Translations under genes and position numbers: made by a program
NCBI GenBank assembly: GCA_963790475.1
Contig: CAWBOS010000011.1
Span: 1-64,000 of the forward strand
Reading direction: 5' to 3'
Source: an uncultured delta proteobacterium
Lineage (GTDB): Bacteria; Desulfobacterota; RBG-13-43-22
Length of the DNA: 64,000 nucleotides
In this document: piece after piece, positions 39,453 through 52,064 of the stretch
Layout: each line of letters begins with the position of its first letter
Position numbering within the stretch: the stretch's first letter is position 1
The notes under the pieces: model-generated
The model's database searches: none
Told to the model about the DNA's origin: nothing
What the model saw: the letters and a program-made list of their open reading frames with translations, nothing else

Positions 39453-40850
39453 ATGCGATTCTCTTATCATCGAGGACTTGTTTTTCTTCTAATTCTAATC
39501 TTCTTTTGTTTGGGAACCGGGCTGCGCCAAGCCGGCGCCGACCAGGTGTTCTTAACCAATGGCGACCGCATCAGTGGCAGTTTAATCACCTTCTCACCAA
39601 CAGGGGTCCAAATTTCCTCCCCTCATTCCGGCACCCTCCGCATCGAACGCCAATACATTCAAAAGTTAGCCACGGATGGTAGAGTGGTTGTGGAATTAGT
39701 TTCTGGAGAACGGATTATCGGCAGGATAGTCCCGGGGAAAGGGGTAACGGTGGTTGTTCAATCCGATGTCCTCGGCGACCGGGCCCTGGCCCTTGATTCG
39801 GTAAAAATTATTCATCCCATTTTACCTGATGAACTCCCCCTGGTGAAAGCCGTGCCGGACCCATCGCAAAATACCTCCAAAACCGGAGCGGAAAGATCGG
39901 GCCGTCCTAAGGAAACAAACCTTTTATCGGCTCAGTTACAGGATGTTCGTGGCAAGGGATCAGAGTCTTCGAACGAAGCGGGTAAACCTGCTGCAAAATC
40001 ACCTGAGGAGATCGGTCAGACCAGAACAATCGGTCAAAAGCCGGAAGATGAGGAGGATATCAGGAAAATTTTCCTTCGACAAAACTCCGTTTTGCTACGG
40101 CCGCGCCAGGCGGAATTCGAGGCCGGTCTGAGTTACCTGGGCAATCAATCGGTTTCCTCCGTTGCAAATTTCAAGTTCCGCCAGTTTCAACTACCCCTGA
40201 CCCTCAGGATCGGCCTTCTGAATCAAGTCGAAGGTTTTCTGTCCTTGCCTATTGCCTATGCCCAACAGGAGCTGTCCTTCTCTGACAGCAGTACCAAAAG
40301 CGATAAATTTGGGGTCGGGGATGCCACGGGGGGACTGAATTTTGATATATACCGGGAAAGTGCCAGTTGGCCGGAGATCATTACCACCCTCCGCATAATA
40401 GCTCCGACAGGAGATCAACCACAGGAGGGAGGACTGTCGCTGGGCTCCGGTCACTGGGCCGGCACGGTGGGACTGCAATTCATCAAAACCACGGACCCGA
40501 TTGTCCTTTTCTGGGGATTCCAATACACGCATCAATTCGCGTCGCGGCACTTTTATATCGACGGATCTCATAACGTCCAGCCGGGAGAAACAATCGGCTA
40601 TAACTTTGGTTTCGGATTCGCCGTGAATGAAAATGTATCATTAAGCTCCCAGGTATCCGGAAGCTATCAATGGGAGACTCAATCCGATGGAACGACCGTA
40701 TCCGGTTCTTCCACTGAGCCGGTTTCTTTACGGGCGGCCTTGACTTATCGAATTTCAAAGAAAAGTTATATCGAGCCGTCTGTAACCTTCGGTTTTAATA
40801 ACGATACGCCGAATTTTGTTATTGGCCTTTCCGCCACACGCCGTTTTTAA
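39453..40850 (+). CDS. FapF-like outer-membrane beta-barrel transporter with an N-terminal periplasmic extension
   Basis: Signal peptide; helix-plug-like segment EDIRKIFLRQNSVLL..EFEAGLSY; GVGD, APTG, LGSGHW, TDPIVLF; C-terminal Phe; next to a C39 peptidase. Confidence 0.75.
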   Translation: MRFSYHRGLVFLLILIFFCLGTGLRQAGADQVFLTNGDRISGSLITFSPTGVQISSPHSGTLRIERQYIQKLATDGRVVVELVSGERIIGRIVPGKGVTVVVQSDVLGDRALALDSVKIIHPILPDELPLVKAVPDPSQNTSKTGAERSGRPKETNLLSAQLQDVRGKGSESSNEAGKPAAKSPEEIGQTRTIGQKPEDEEDIRKIFLRQNSVLLRPRQAEFEAGLSYLGNQSVSSVANFKFRQFQLPLTLRIGLLNQVEGFLSLPIAYAQQELSFSDSSTKSDKFGVGDATGGLNFDIYRESASWPEIITTLRIIAPTGDQPQEGGLSLGSGHWAGTVGLQFIKTTDPIVLFWGFQYTHQFASRHFYIDGSHNVQPGETIGYNFGFGFAVNENVSLSSQVSGSYQWETQSDGTTVSGSSTEPVSLRAALTYRISKKSYIEPSVTFGFNNDTPNFVIGLSATRRF

Positions 40851-40865
40851 GATCTGAGCATTGTT

Positions 40866-41549
40866 ATGAAGAAGCTGATTGCTATTTGCGGATTGTTTCT
40901 TGTCGGTATGATGCTTTATGGCTGTGCCACGCTAACGCCCCTTACTAATGTTTCTGTTATGCCCTTACAGGCAGGTGGAATCAGGACCGACCATTCCTTA
41001 CTTTCCTGGAAAGAGTTGCGCGATCGAAATGTGGTCATCCAGAGATTTGATTACTCTTGCGGTTCAGGGGCCTTAGCAACCCTTCTGCGATATTACTTCG
41101 GAGATAAGGTGAGCGAGGAAGAGCTTCTTCTGAGCATTCTCGGCCGGATGACCGAAGAGGAGGTCAAAGATCGGGAGAAAAACGGACTTTCCCTGCTCGA
41201 CCTTAAACGTTGTGCTGAGCAAAGGGGTTACCAGGCTGTCGGTGTGAGGTTGAATTATGCAAGCTTGCCCAAGTTGAAAGGGCCGGTGCTCATCCATTTG
41301 GAGCGTGAGGACTATAAGCATTTCGCCGTGCTAAAAGGAGCCCGGGGGGACCGCATTTACCTGGCGGACCCTAGTCGCGGCAATATCCGAATGTCAGTGG
41401 ATCGTTTCGCAAAAGAATGGTCCGGCATAGCCTTGGTTTTGGGTAAGAGCGGCTTCGGTCTTCCGCAAAAATATCCTCTGGCTATAGATGACCAGGAACC
41501 TGTTCAGAACGAATTACTTGACGCCAGAAGATCTCTTTATACCAGGTAA
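40866..41549 (+). CDS. Stand-alone C39-family cysteine peptidase (FapD-like), lipoprotein
   Basis: Lipobox LYGC; QRFDYSCGSGALAT (Cys), KHFAV (His), LADP (Asp); no fused ABC domain. Confidence 0.88.
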   Translation: MKKLIAICGLFLVGMMLYGCATLTPLTNVSVMPLQAGGIRTDHSLLSWKELRDRNVVIQRFDYSCGSGALATLLRYYFGDKVSEEELLLSILGRMTEEEVKDREKNGLSLLDLKRCAEQRGYQAVGVRLNYASLPKLKGPVLIHLEREDYKHFAVLKGARGDRIYLADPSRGNIRMSVDRFAKEWSGIALVLGKSGFGLPQKYPLAIDDQEPVQNELLDARRSLYTR

Positions 41550-41757
41550 AACAAAAAGAATTATTTTAATAAGGCTCGAACACACCCAAATTTTTCTCCT
41601 TGACCACATTCGTTCGCCATCTTATAATCATTTTATTCCAAAGCCTTTTTAGGCCATTTCATTAAGTCTACACCCGGCTGGTTTCCGCGCTGATCCTACC
41701 AAGAAAACGAAGCTATCCCGAGGTAAAAGTAGTTGATTTCTTAAGAAGGAGAAAAAC

Positions 41758-42537
41758 ATGAATCGTTTAGGCCGGTCTTTTATTTTTTCTGTACTTTTTC
41801 TGGGAATGATTTTATGGGGTAATTCAGCCCTTCCTTCATCTACTAAGGCCCAATGTCCCCAGAAGGAAAAAATTAACCGGGGAATCCAAAAGACTTTTCC
41901 AAAATTACAGTATGGGATCATCAGGATAGATCCCAGTAAGGTCAAAGGTCTCTGTCAGATTCAACTGAAAATAGGGGGTAAGCTTGAGCTCCTCTATGCC
42001 GATTCACAGGGGGATTTTTTGTTCACCGGAAACCTTCATGAAGCGAAAACCGGCACAAATCTGACCCAGGAAACGGTTCAGTTGCTGAACCGGCTGACTC
42101 CGGAGGAGCTACGTCAAATAGAATCTTTGACGGCCTTCACTATTGGTCAGGGGAAAAAAGTAGTCTATCTGATCACGGATCCCCAGTGTCCCTTTTGCAA
42201 ACAAGCTGAATCTCTGGTTAAGAAACTAATCCCCAAGGAGGATCTCTCGGTCCATTTTATTTTCTTCCCCTTGGACTCCCACAAGGGGGCCAAGGAACAA
42301 TGCATTTCAGTCCTCTGTGACAACAAGGGTATTGAAGGTTTTGACAGCGGTTACCGATCAGACAACCAGTGTCCGGAGGGGACCAAAAAAGTAAATAATA
42401 CCATCGCCTTCTTACAGAAAAAAGGAATCAACGCCACTCCCACCTTTATTTTTATGGATGGAGTTTACCAATCCGGGGTTCCGACCGAGGAGGTATTGCG
42501 GAATCGGTTGGGGCTGTCAAAATCTATTTCGAAATAA
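41758..42537 (+). CDS. dsbC: DsbC-family thiol:disulfide isomerase
   Basis: Signal peptide, dimerisation domain, TDPQCPFC, ATPT. Confidence 0.85.
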   Translation: MNRLGRSFIFSVLFLGMILWGNSALPSSTKAQCPQKEKINRGIQKTFPKLQYGIIRIDPSKVKGLCQIQLKIGGKLELLYADSQGDFLFTGNLHEAKTGTNLTQETVQLLNRLTPEELRQIESLTAFTIGQGKKVVYLITDPQCPFCKQAESLVKKLIPKEDLSVHFIFFPLDSHKGAKEQCISVLCDNKGIEGFDSGYRSDNQCPEGTKKVNNTIAFLQKKGINATPTFIFMDGVYQSGVPTEEVLRNRLGLSKSISK

Positions 42538-42687
42538 TCTTTCGGACCCGGAGATAAAACCTCGAGTTGCTGAGAAAGTATCAAATGTTACATCAAAGCT
42601 GGTCTTCATGTCTGCTGATAATGATCACAGTCCAGGGGGGGCTAGGCTACCCGTCTGCAATCTAAAATATTTCATAGGGGAGAAAAA

Positions 42688-43743
42688 ATGAGCATTCTGA
42701 ACAAAATTATTGAATCCATCCAATCCATAAACTGGTCCTTAGAACCGGCTGTACGAGCCCATCTGGATCAACTGACCAAACCGCCCAAAAGCCTGGGCCT
42801 GCTGGAAGACCTGGCGGCCCAATATTGCCTGATCACCAGCACTCCAAAGCCCACTCTGGGCAGAAAAAAGATTTTTACTTTTGCCGGGGACCACGGGGTG
42901 GCTGAAGAAGGCGTATCGGCTTATCCAAAAGAAGTGACCCCTCAGATGGTCAGAAATATGCTGGCCGGTGGAGCGGCGGTGAATGTCCTGGCCGGGCATG
43001 CCGGGGCGGAGGTGTGTGTGATCGATATCGGGGTGGCCGATCCCCTGGCTGATGCCCCGGGTCTCATCCGTCGGAAAATAAAATCCGGGACCAATAACAT
43101 CGCCTTAGGTCCGGCGATGAGCCTTGAAGAAGCCACCCGAGCGATAGAAATCGGAATCGAACTGGCCCGCTCGGCTGCGGATGAGGGGGTGACCTTAATC
43201 GGCAGCGGAGAGATGGGCATTGCCAATACCACCCCTTCTTCAGCCTTGTTTGCGACCTTGCTCCCTTGCCCGGTGGAAGATATCACCGGCCGCGGGACCG
43301 GTATTGATGACGCCGGGTTGATAAAGAAAATCGAAGTCATCAAACGATCTTTGAAAGTCAACCAGGACAGACTGACCGATCCGCTTAACACCCTGGCGGC
43401 TCTTGGAGGATTGGAGATAGCCGGGATCTGTGGCCTTTGTCTGGGTGCGGCTGCGGCTCGTGTCCCGGTAGTTGTGGACGGGTTTATTTCTTCAGCCGGG
43501 GCCTTGGCGGCTTGCAGGCTATGTCCCCCGGTTAAGGATTATCTCTTTTTCAGCCATCTGTCCGAAGAGGCCGGTCACGCAACTTTTCTGCGAATTTTCA
43601 AAGTGAAACCCATTCTGGATCTAAAGATGCGCCTCGGAGAGGGGACCGGTGCGGCTCTGGCCATGACCATTATTGAGGCGGCTGTAAAGATTTACAACGA
43701 GATGGCCACCTTCGCCTCAGCCGGGGTGAGTGAGAAGGCGTGA
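42688..43743 (+). CDS. cobT: Nicotinate-nucleotide:dimethylbenzimidazole phosphoribosyltransferase
   Basis: [32 protein letters not shown]. Confidence 0.95.
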   Translation: MSILNKIIESIQSINWSLEPAVRAHLDQLTKPPKSLGLLEDLAAQYCLITSTPKPTLGRKKIFTFAGDHGVAEEGVSAYPKEVTPQMVRNMLAGGAAVNVLAGHAGAEVCVIDIGVADPLADAPGLIRRKIKSGTNNIALGPAMSLEEATRAIEIGIELARSAADEGVTLIGSGEMGIANTTPSSALFATLLPCPVEDITGRGTGIDDAGLIKKIEVIKRSLKVNQDRLTDPLNTLAALGGLEIAGICGLCLGAAAARVPVVVDGFISSAGALAACRLCPPVKDYLFFSHLSEEAGHATFLRIFKVKPILDLKMRLGEGTGAALAMTIIEAAVKIYNEMATFASAGVSEKA

Positions 43744-43807
43744 GGCGGGAAAGATCAAAAAAACCTGTAGTGAATGCCTCAACCCTTCTCGCCACTTGCC
43801 TGCCTTT

Positions 43808-44568
43808 TTAAAACCGGAGAGACAACCCGATATAAGGACCTCCCAACTTTACTTTGGCGTAGTCCGGGTCGTTACGGGCTTCGATATCCAAGAGCCGGTA
43901 TCCCCCGCTGATACTGAAATTCTTAAAGGGGATAAACTTGACACCGGCATCGACCTCCCATATCGTTCCATATTGTCCTGCCGGAAGCCCGGATACTTCG
44001 GCAAAGAAATTCAAGAAAGGAGTTGGATTGATGTCCAGGGCCACTCCCAGAGTAGGCAGCCAAGCCGTAAAATTCCATTTGTTATCTATTCCAAGGTTCG
44101 GTGCGGCCAAGGAAACATCTCCCCAGACCCCATTGATCTCCAGCAGGGTCCCGAATTTAAACATTCCCCCTTCCAGGTTGACGAACTGGTAGGCCCATCC
44201 GAAACGTAAATATTGGAGATCCAGGTTGCCGATCACCCGGGTGTTGACCGCATAAATATCACCCCCGAAATCCACGGTCCTTTTTAAATTGGAGTCGGTA
44301 TTATAACTGATGGGGGTGTAATTTAAGGTAACCGATGGGTCGGGCTAATAAAGAAATTAAACCGGCCGGAGAAGAAATTCTTATCCCCTATATCCAAATC
44401 CGATTTCAGGTCGATATCCGTACCCTGGCCCCCCCGGGTCAACTTGCTCTCGGCCGAGAGATTAGTTATCCAGTACCGGCCTTCAAATTCGACAACCGGA
44501 TCCTGAGCCGAGACCGTACCCACGGCTAAAAGAAAAAGAACCAATCCCAAAACCAGATTTTTAAGCAT
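43808..44568 (-). CDS. Outer-membrane beta-barrel protein, split by a -1 frameshift near 44330
   Basis: Signal peptide in 44323-44568, amphipathic strands and C-terminal LSLRF in 43808-44275; one added base joins ...THR|..LNYTPISY... Confidence 0.7.
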
Positions 44569-44796
44569 AACTATTCCCTCCTAATCGGCAAATTAGAGAT
44601 AGATGACCTCATCCTCTTTTTTCCACTGGGGGAACACCATACATAAAAAGGTTAAATCAGGATAATCGGTATTTTGGACGTATTGTTTAGAATTGGGAGG
44701 GATATATATGAAAGTAAATTCCATTCTTTAGATCCTGGATAAAAATCAAGAGTCCCCTTTTCCCTCCTATGGGGTTCTCAAAAAGTTCTTATACCC

Positions 44797-46203
44797 GAGC
44801 CTCTTGCAAAAGTCTATTTTTAGGGAATAGACAAGCATAAAGAGTGAGCCTCAGCGGTGGTTCTGTGTTAAGATGATGTTTAGAAAGAACACAAAAAAAC
44901 ACAGGAGACACCGATGAAGCTCTGGAAAAAAGTATCATGGTTAAGGGGTAGATTGCAACAAGGTTTATTTTCCGATTTAGAAGAATGTTGGGAACAGCCT
45001 TTGACTGAAAAAGAGGAACGGCTGGTGACGATATTGGAACTGGTTGAGGTTGAAAGATATGTTCCCCGGAGTTCTTTAAATCAGTGGATGGGGAGGAAGA
45101 TCCTTGAGCGCCAAGCGATAGCGCGGGCTTTTGTGGCCAAGACGGTCTATAACCATTCCTTCACCAGATCAACCATTGAACATTTGAAAACGACGTCTAA
45201 TGTAAGACGCATCTGCGGGTTCGAAAAGGTATCCGACATTCCCTCTGAGGCCACTTTTTCCAGGGCCTTTGCGGAGTTTGCCGAAGGGGGGCTTGGCGAA
45301 AAAGTTCACGAAGCCCTGGTGGAACGTTGTTTAAAGCCGGAACTGGTTGGTCATATATCCCGAGACGCAACGGCCATAGAAGGTCGGGAAAAGCCGACTA
45401 AGAAGCCTGTAAAAGAAAAGCCTGCGCCGAAGAAGAGAGGACGTCCAGTCAAGGGAGAACTCCGTGATTCCAAGGAAGACAAACGCTTGACCAGGCAACG
45501 AGAGCAATCAGTTGAAGAGGCCTTAAAAGAATTGCCGGTTTACTGCGACGTAGGGACCAAGAAGAACTCCAAAGGGTACAAAGAGACCTGGGTCGGGTAT
45601 AAACTCCATGCCGATGTTAATGATTGCGGATTGCCGGTGAGTGTCGTCTTGACCGCAGCATCGCTTCATGACAGCCAGGTCGCTATACCGTTAATGAAGA
45701 TGACTAGTTCCAAGGTGGATTATCTTTATGATTTGATGGATGCCGCTTATGACGCTGGATCTATCTATGCAATCAGCAGAGCTCTGGGACATGTGCCCAT
45801 TATCGACAAGAACTTCCGCGGTAAGGATGTGATCCCTATGGCTCCCCACGAGGCCAGAAGATTTAATGGAAGGACAGCATCAGAACGGTTCAATAGCCGG
45901 TTAAAAGAAGAGTTCGGTGCCAAGAATGTCATGGTCCGAGGAGCCTTGAAAGTCAATCTCCATCTCATGTTTGGCGTCCTGGCGCTCTTTGCGGATCAGT
46001 TGATAAAGTTGGCTTCCTGAGTAAATTTTCAAAGAACGGGGTGAAAAGTTCAGGTCAGGAGGAGAACTATGCCTGAAAATTGTTACCAAAGTCTCAAATC
46101 TGACTATCGTCGTTAAGAAAGACCCAAAATTTCTAAATCGACTGGGATAACCGCCTGCTGATATATTTCATCATGCAGTTTTTATAAGTTTTGCAAAAGG
46201 CTC
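44797..46203 (+). mobile_element. DDE insertion sequence (IS5/IS1182-like; family uncertain)
   Basis: TIR GAGCCTCTTGCAAAA / TTTTGCAAAAGGCTC; ACCC duplicated at 44793-44796 and 46204-46207. Confidence 0.85.
44914..46020 (+). CDS. DDE transposase
   Basis: PSEATFSR, SRDATAI, GYKLH, HDSQ, MDAAYD, SERFNSRLK. Confidence 0.88.
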   Translation: MKLWKKVSWLRGRLQQGLFSDLEECWEQPLTEKEERLVTILELVEVERYVPRSSLNQWMGRKILERQAIARAFVAKTVYNHSFTRSTIEHLKTTSNVRRICGFEKVSDIPSEATFSRAFAEFAEGGLGEKVHEALVERCLKPELVGHISRDATAIEGREKPTKKPVKEKPAPKKRGRPVKGELRDSKEDKRLTRQREQSVEEALKELPVYCDVGTKKNSKGYKETWVGYKLHADVNDCGLPVSVVLTAASLHDSQVAIPLMKMTSSKVDYLYDLMDAAYDAGSIYAISRALGHVPIIDKNFRGKDVIPMAPHEARRFNGRTASERFNSRLKEEFGAKNVMVRGALKVNLHLMFGVLALFADQLIKLAS

Positions 46204-46597
46204 ACCCTTATTCAATTATTCTAATTTTGCAAGAAAAAATATTCAGGAAATAAAACCCTGTTGAATTATTAATGAGATCCGTCATCATTTGATGGGTTTA
46301 AAAAAAATCCCCTCCAATCCTCGGATGAAGACCTTCCAGTAAGATCCCTGGAAAGAGTTTGTGAGTCATGCGAATAAAAGGTTTGTGAAGTAAAAAACTT
46401 GGTTTCCTTTTTTAAGATTTACAACTTGTAAAAAATATTGGCATATTCTATTTTGCCATCAAAGGGTAAAGAAATAAGTTTCGGTAAATAGATTCGGGGG
46501 TGAAAAGGTCTGGTTTTTACAATAAATCAGAAGGTTAAGTAGTACCCCTAAAAAAGTATTTTTATGTGTACCCTTCTTCCCAACCTCCCCCTATTGC

Positions 46598-46614
46598 TTG
46601 GTATAAAGTTTGCA
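46598..46614 (+). promoter_or_regulatory. Candidate sigma-54 (-24/-12) promoter for acs
   Basis: TTGGTATAAAGTTTGCA: GG-N10-GC followed by an AT-rich tract. Confidence 0.55.
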
Positions 46615-46879
46615 AATTATATTTATAATTTTTATCAATTTTTTTAATATTAAGCCCCTGGCAAAAGGCTTTTGATATCTTTTATAGTTTTTACACCATC
46701 GGAATACTATTGATAAATTGATAGGTTGGCGCTCCAGAGAACCAATACCATTTAAGGGGGGAGGGATGACCAAGGACTGAAAGCTGAAAAAGGATTTTAT
46801 CCTTTAATGTTATAAGAAAATTATTAAAAATTTAGTCATAAAGAATCGTTATCACACTTTCAAATATAAACTTAGGAGG

Positions 46880-48880
<2,001 letters not shown>

Positions 48881-48924
48881 GGAAAGATAGACTATTTTCA
48901 CCCATTTTTTTTAGATTGATTGAT

Positions 48925-49033
48925 GCCACAGAGACAGCGAGGTCATGAAGGGAACAAGTTATCTGCTGGGGTCGCTTTTTTCACAGCTAACACAACCGGG
49001 TCCCCCTTCCCGGTGACCTCCTGATCTCTGTGG
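48925..49033. repeat. Degenerate inverted-repeat element related to family A termini
   Basis: CCACAGAGACAGCGAGGTCA ... TGACCTCCTGATCTCTGTGG. Confidence 0.5.
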
Positions 49034-49092
49034 GGAATGAAGTCTCAGCCTTTCATCGGGACCATTTCATCCACTTAAAAGGACAAAAAACC

Positions 49093-50385
49093 ATGGCAAC
49101 ACATGTTGATAAAGAACCGGGAAGGGCTTGGGTTGTTGCCTTTGCCGGAGTAGCAATCAATCTTTGTTTAGGTATGCTCTATGCGTGGAGCGTCTGGAAA
49201 AAGGCTCTGGTTAATAAACCCAAGGCGGATGCCGGGGAATTGATGACCGGAATAAATGCGGGCTGGGCTTATCTGACCGATACACAAGGAACGGTGGCCT
49301 ATTTTCTCTGCGGCATCATGTTTGCCGTTTTTATGATACCAGGAGGCAAACTCCAGGATCGTTTTGGTCCGAAAATAGGGGCAACTTTGGGGGGCCTTTC
49401 CCTGGCAGCAGGCTGCATTTTATCCGGGCTAATGAAAAGTTACCTGGGATTGATTCTTGGCTTTGGAATACTTGGGGGTATCGGTATGGGTCTTGGTTAT
49501 GCCGCACCCACACCGGCCGCCCTCAAATGGTTCGGGCCGCACCGAAGGGGTCTGATTGCCGGTATAGTGGTTGGTGGTTTCGGAGGGGCAGCCCTTTATG
49601 TAGCCCCTTTAGGACAATATTTTATTGAAAAATACGGCATCTCCGGCAGCTTTATCGGCCTGGGAATTATCTTTGCGATTGTAGTGGTGATTGCCAGCCA
49701 GCTGTTATCCAATCCGCCTGCCGGTTATGTCCCTGTAGGACCACCCCCCGGTAAAGCCAGTTCTCAACCCGTTACTACCGCGGCAGCCGATTATGCTCCG
49801 ACCGAGATGTTGTCTAAATGGCAATATTATGCCCTGCTTTTGATGTTCATCGGGAGCGCCCAGTCCGGTCTCCTGGTCATTGCCAATGCCGCCCCCCTCC
49901 TGGCCAAGACCGCCGGGAAACTCGAGTTTTTTGCCAGAAACGCCTGGATCATCGCCGCCTATGGCGGTTTGATCAATGCCTTCGGCCGGGTCGGTTCCGG
50001 GCTCTATTCGGATAAGATCGGCAGGGGAAACGCCTATACCGTCAATTTACTGGTTTCGGCGGTATTTTTACTGGCCACCCCCTTTATCATCCAGGCCGAG
50101 AGTATCCCTCTTTTGTTTTTAGCGACCGGCGTCGCCTATTGGCAGTACGGAGGGGGGCTTTCGATCATGCCCGCTTTTACGGCCGACTACTTCGGTTCCA
50201 AAAACTTAGGGGTCAACTACGGGCTGGTATTCCTCGGCTGGGGTTTAGGTTTTTTAATGCCTTTGATTGCCGGTTATATCAAAGATAGTACCGGTTCTTA
50301 TTCCCTGTCATTTTATATCTCGGCAGTGATATTAGTCGTAGCAGTCGTCCTCTGCCGGTTTTTAAAGAAGCCGGGGGAAAAATAA
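49093..50385 (+). CDS. MFS transporter, oxalate/formate antiporter (OFA) family
   Basis: LYAWSV, GGKLQDRFGP, KWF..RRGL, DYFG.KNLGVNYG. Confidence 0.88.
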   Translation: MATHVDKEPGRAWVVAFAGVAINLCLGMLYAWSVWKKALVNKPKADAGELMTGINAGWAYLTDTQGTVAYFLCGIMFAVFMIPGGKLQDRFGPKIGATLGGLSLAAGCILSGLMKSYLGLILGFGILGGIGMGLGYAAPTPAALKWFGPHRRGLIAGIVVGGFGGAALYVAPLGQYFIEKYGISGSFIGLGIIFAIVVVIASQLLSNPPAGYVPVGPPPGKASSQPVTTAAADYAPTEMLSKWQYYALLLMFIGSAQSGLLVIANAAPLLAKTAGKLEFFARNAWIIAAYGGLINAFGRVGSGLYSDKIGRGNAYTVNLLVSAVFLLATPFIIQAESIPLLFLATGVAYWQYGGGLSIMPAFTADYFGSKNLGVNYGLVFLGWGLGFLMPLIAGYIKDSTGSYSLSFYISAVILVVAVVLCRFLKKPGEK

Positions 50386-50418
50386 GAACAGGTTCAAGGA
50401 GTTGAAAGAAAGTTTTCA

Positions 50419-50483
50419 GTTCGGAGTTTAGAGTTCGGATCAAAGCGTTTCTAATTATAACTCAATACTCCGAACTCCGAACT
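50419..50483. repeat. Inverted heptamer repeats between convergent genes (possible bidirectional terminator)
   Basis: GTTCGGAGTTTAGAGTTCGGA ... ACTCAATACTCCGAACTCCGAAC. Confidence 0.5.
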
Positions 50484-50485
50484 TG

Positions 50486-51620
50486 TTATATTCCATGTAA
50501 GGGGAAAATCATATCCTGAATATAGGTCACCACTTTTCGAGCCTCCTCAAAGGCCTTCTCTTTGATCTCTCCCTCGCTTAAGTAGGGGTAGTCATACAGG
50601 CTGCCTACTTCCATCTCGGGCCCGAACATCATTCCGCCAACCAGACCGGCGAATTCATCCATGGGCACGACCTCATTTAGAATAGCCCAGGCCAGGGTCC
50701 AGCACCGGGCCGTACGATAGAGATCGTAGCCGCCGCCTCCCAGGCCGATTACCTTGGGACAAAGTTCCCGGATAGTCCTCACTGTTTGCTGATAACCGTT
50801 GTTGGTCAATTTTAAATGGGTGAGGGGATCGGAAATCAAAGTGTCAGCCCCGAGTTCGGCTACAATGATATCCGGGTTAAAAGATCTGACCAAGGGTGGA
50901 ACTACGGCATCGAAGGCAAAGCCATATACTTCATCATCGGTCCCGGGCTCCAGAGGTACATTAATGGTAAAGCCTTCTCCTTCCCCTTTTCCGGTCTCCG
51001 TTTCCCATCCGGACCAGGGATAAAGGGTTTTCCCGGTCTCATGCAGAGAAATAAACAGTACCCTTGGGTCTTCATAGAAGGCCTCCTGGACGCCATTTCC
51101 GTGATGGGCATCGCAATCGATATAAGCGACTTTTAGATCCGGCATTTTATTAAGGGCAGCGATTATGGAAATACTGATGTCATTCAGATAACAGAACCCT
51201 TCTACATGGTCCGGCATGGCATGATGAAACCCTCCAAGAGGGTTAAAAGCCGCATCGGCCCGACCGCTTAGGATATGCTCTATGGCCTGGTGGGTTCCCC
51301 CGGCTGCCCGCAACACCCAATCATAAATCCCCGGCAGTATCGGGTTATCTTTTGTCCCCAGACCGAATTCCAACATCTCCAGTTCGAACTCTCCCCGACT
51401 GGCCTTCTCGATGGCTTGAATCAAGGCGGGTGTATGAAAAAGGGTGAGCAGGTTTGGATCCAAGGGCTCGGGGATCGAGGATGGTCATCCAGGGACGATT
51501 CATGACCCCATAACGGGTGCAAAGGTCATAGGTCTTGATAGCCCTTTCCGGCTTATAAGGGTGATCATATCCGAAATCAAATTGGGCCATTTCTCCTGAA
51601 TATACAAAAATCGTCTTCAT
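50486..51620 (-). CDS. AcuC-like Zn-dependent deacetylase (HDAC family), +1 frameshift at 51470-51473
   Basis: HPYKPER, GGFHHA, GFCYLND, DCDAHHGNG, GGGGY. Confidence 0.85.
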
Positions 51621-51663
51621 CCTTACCTCGTCAACCGGTCTAATAGAAGTTTCTCTTCGAAAT

Positions 51664-52029
51664 TCAGCCGAGCACATCCGCTATCAGGGCCAGGAGCCTT
51701 TGAGGAGATATCGGCTTGGATAAAAAGAGGTTAGCCCCTACCTCCATCCCACGTTTTTGATCCTCTTCCTGGTTTTTAGCCGATAAGAAAATGATAGGCG
51801 TCCCTTTGCTGGCTGGTTTTTCCCTGATTTTCTTGCACAGTTCAAAGCCATCCATTTCAGGCATGACAATATCGAGAATCATCAGATCAAATATTTCCTG
51901 GTCGAGTTTTTTAAGGGCTTCGGAACCTCTGGAAAAGGTATGGACTTCATAATTTTGAGCCTTGAGGAGTTCTCTCAGGGCCATGAGGACCAATTCATCA
52001 TCATCAACAATAAGGATACGTTTCGCCAT
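51664..52029 (-). CDS. Single-domain response regulator
   Basis: ILIVDDD, LDIVMPEMDG, FLSA, KP. Confidence 0.93.
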   Translation of the reverse strand: MAKRILIVDDDELVLMALRELLKAQNYEVHTFSRGSEALKKLDQEIFDLMILDIVMPEMDGFELCKKIREKPASKGTPIIFLSAKNQEEDQKRGMEVGANLFLSKPISPQRLLALIADVLG

Positions 52030-52064
52030 TTTCTGACTCCTTGTTTATGTAAAAATAGACGGGC

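Noticed and set aside
41758-42537. dsbC as a dedicated member of the Fap-like locus
   Set aside because: It is separated by about 200 bp and the putative cargo has no cysteines, so a functional link is unsupported.
42538-42687. Cobalamin riboswitch upstream of cobT (also sought upstream of the corrinoid gene)
   Set aside because: No recognisable B12-box or conserved GGGAA/GCCACTG elements by eye; an Rfam scan would be decisive.
46439-46457. Second sigma-54-like TGGCA...TTGC upstream of acs
   Set aside because: GG-to-GC spacing is 13 bp, not the required 10.
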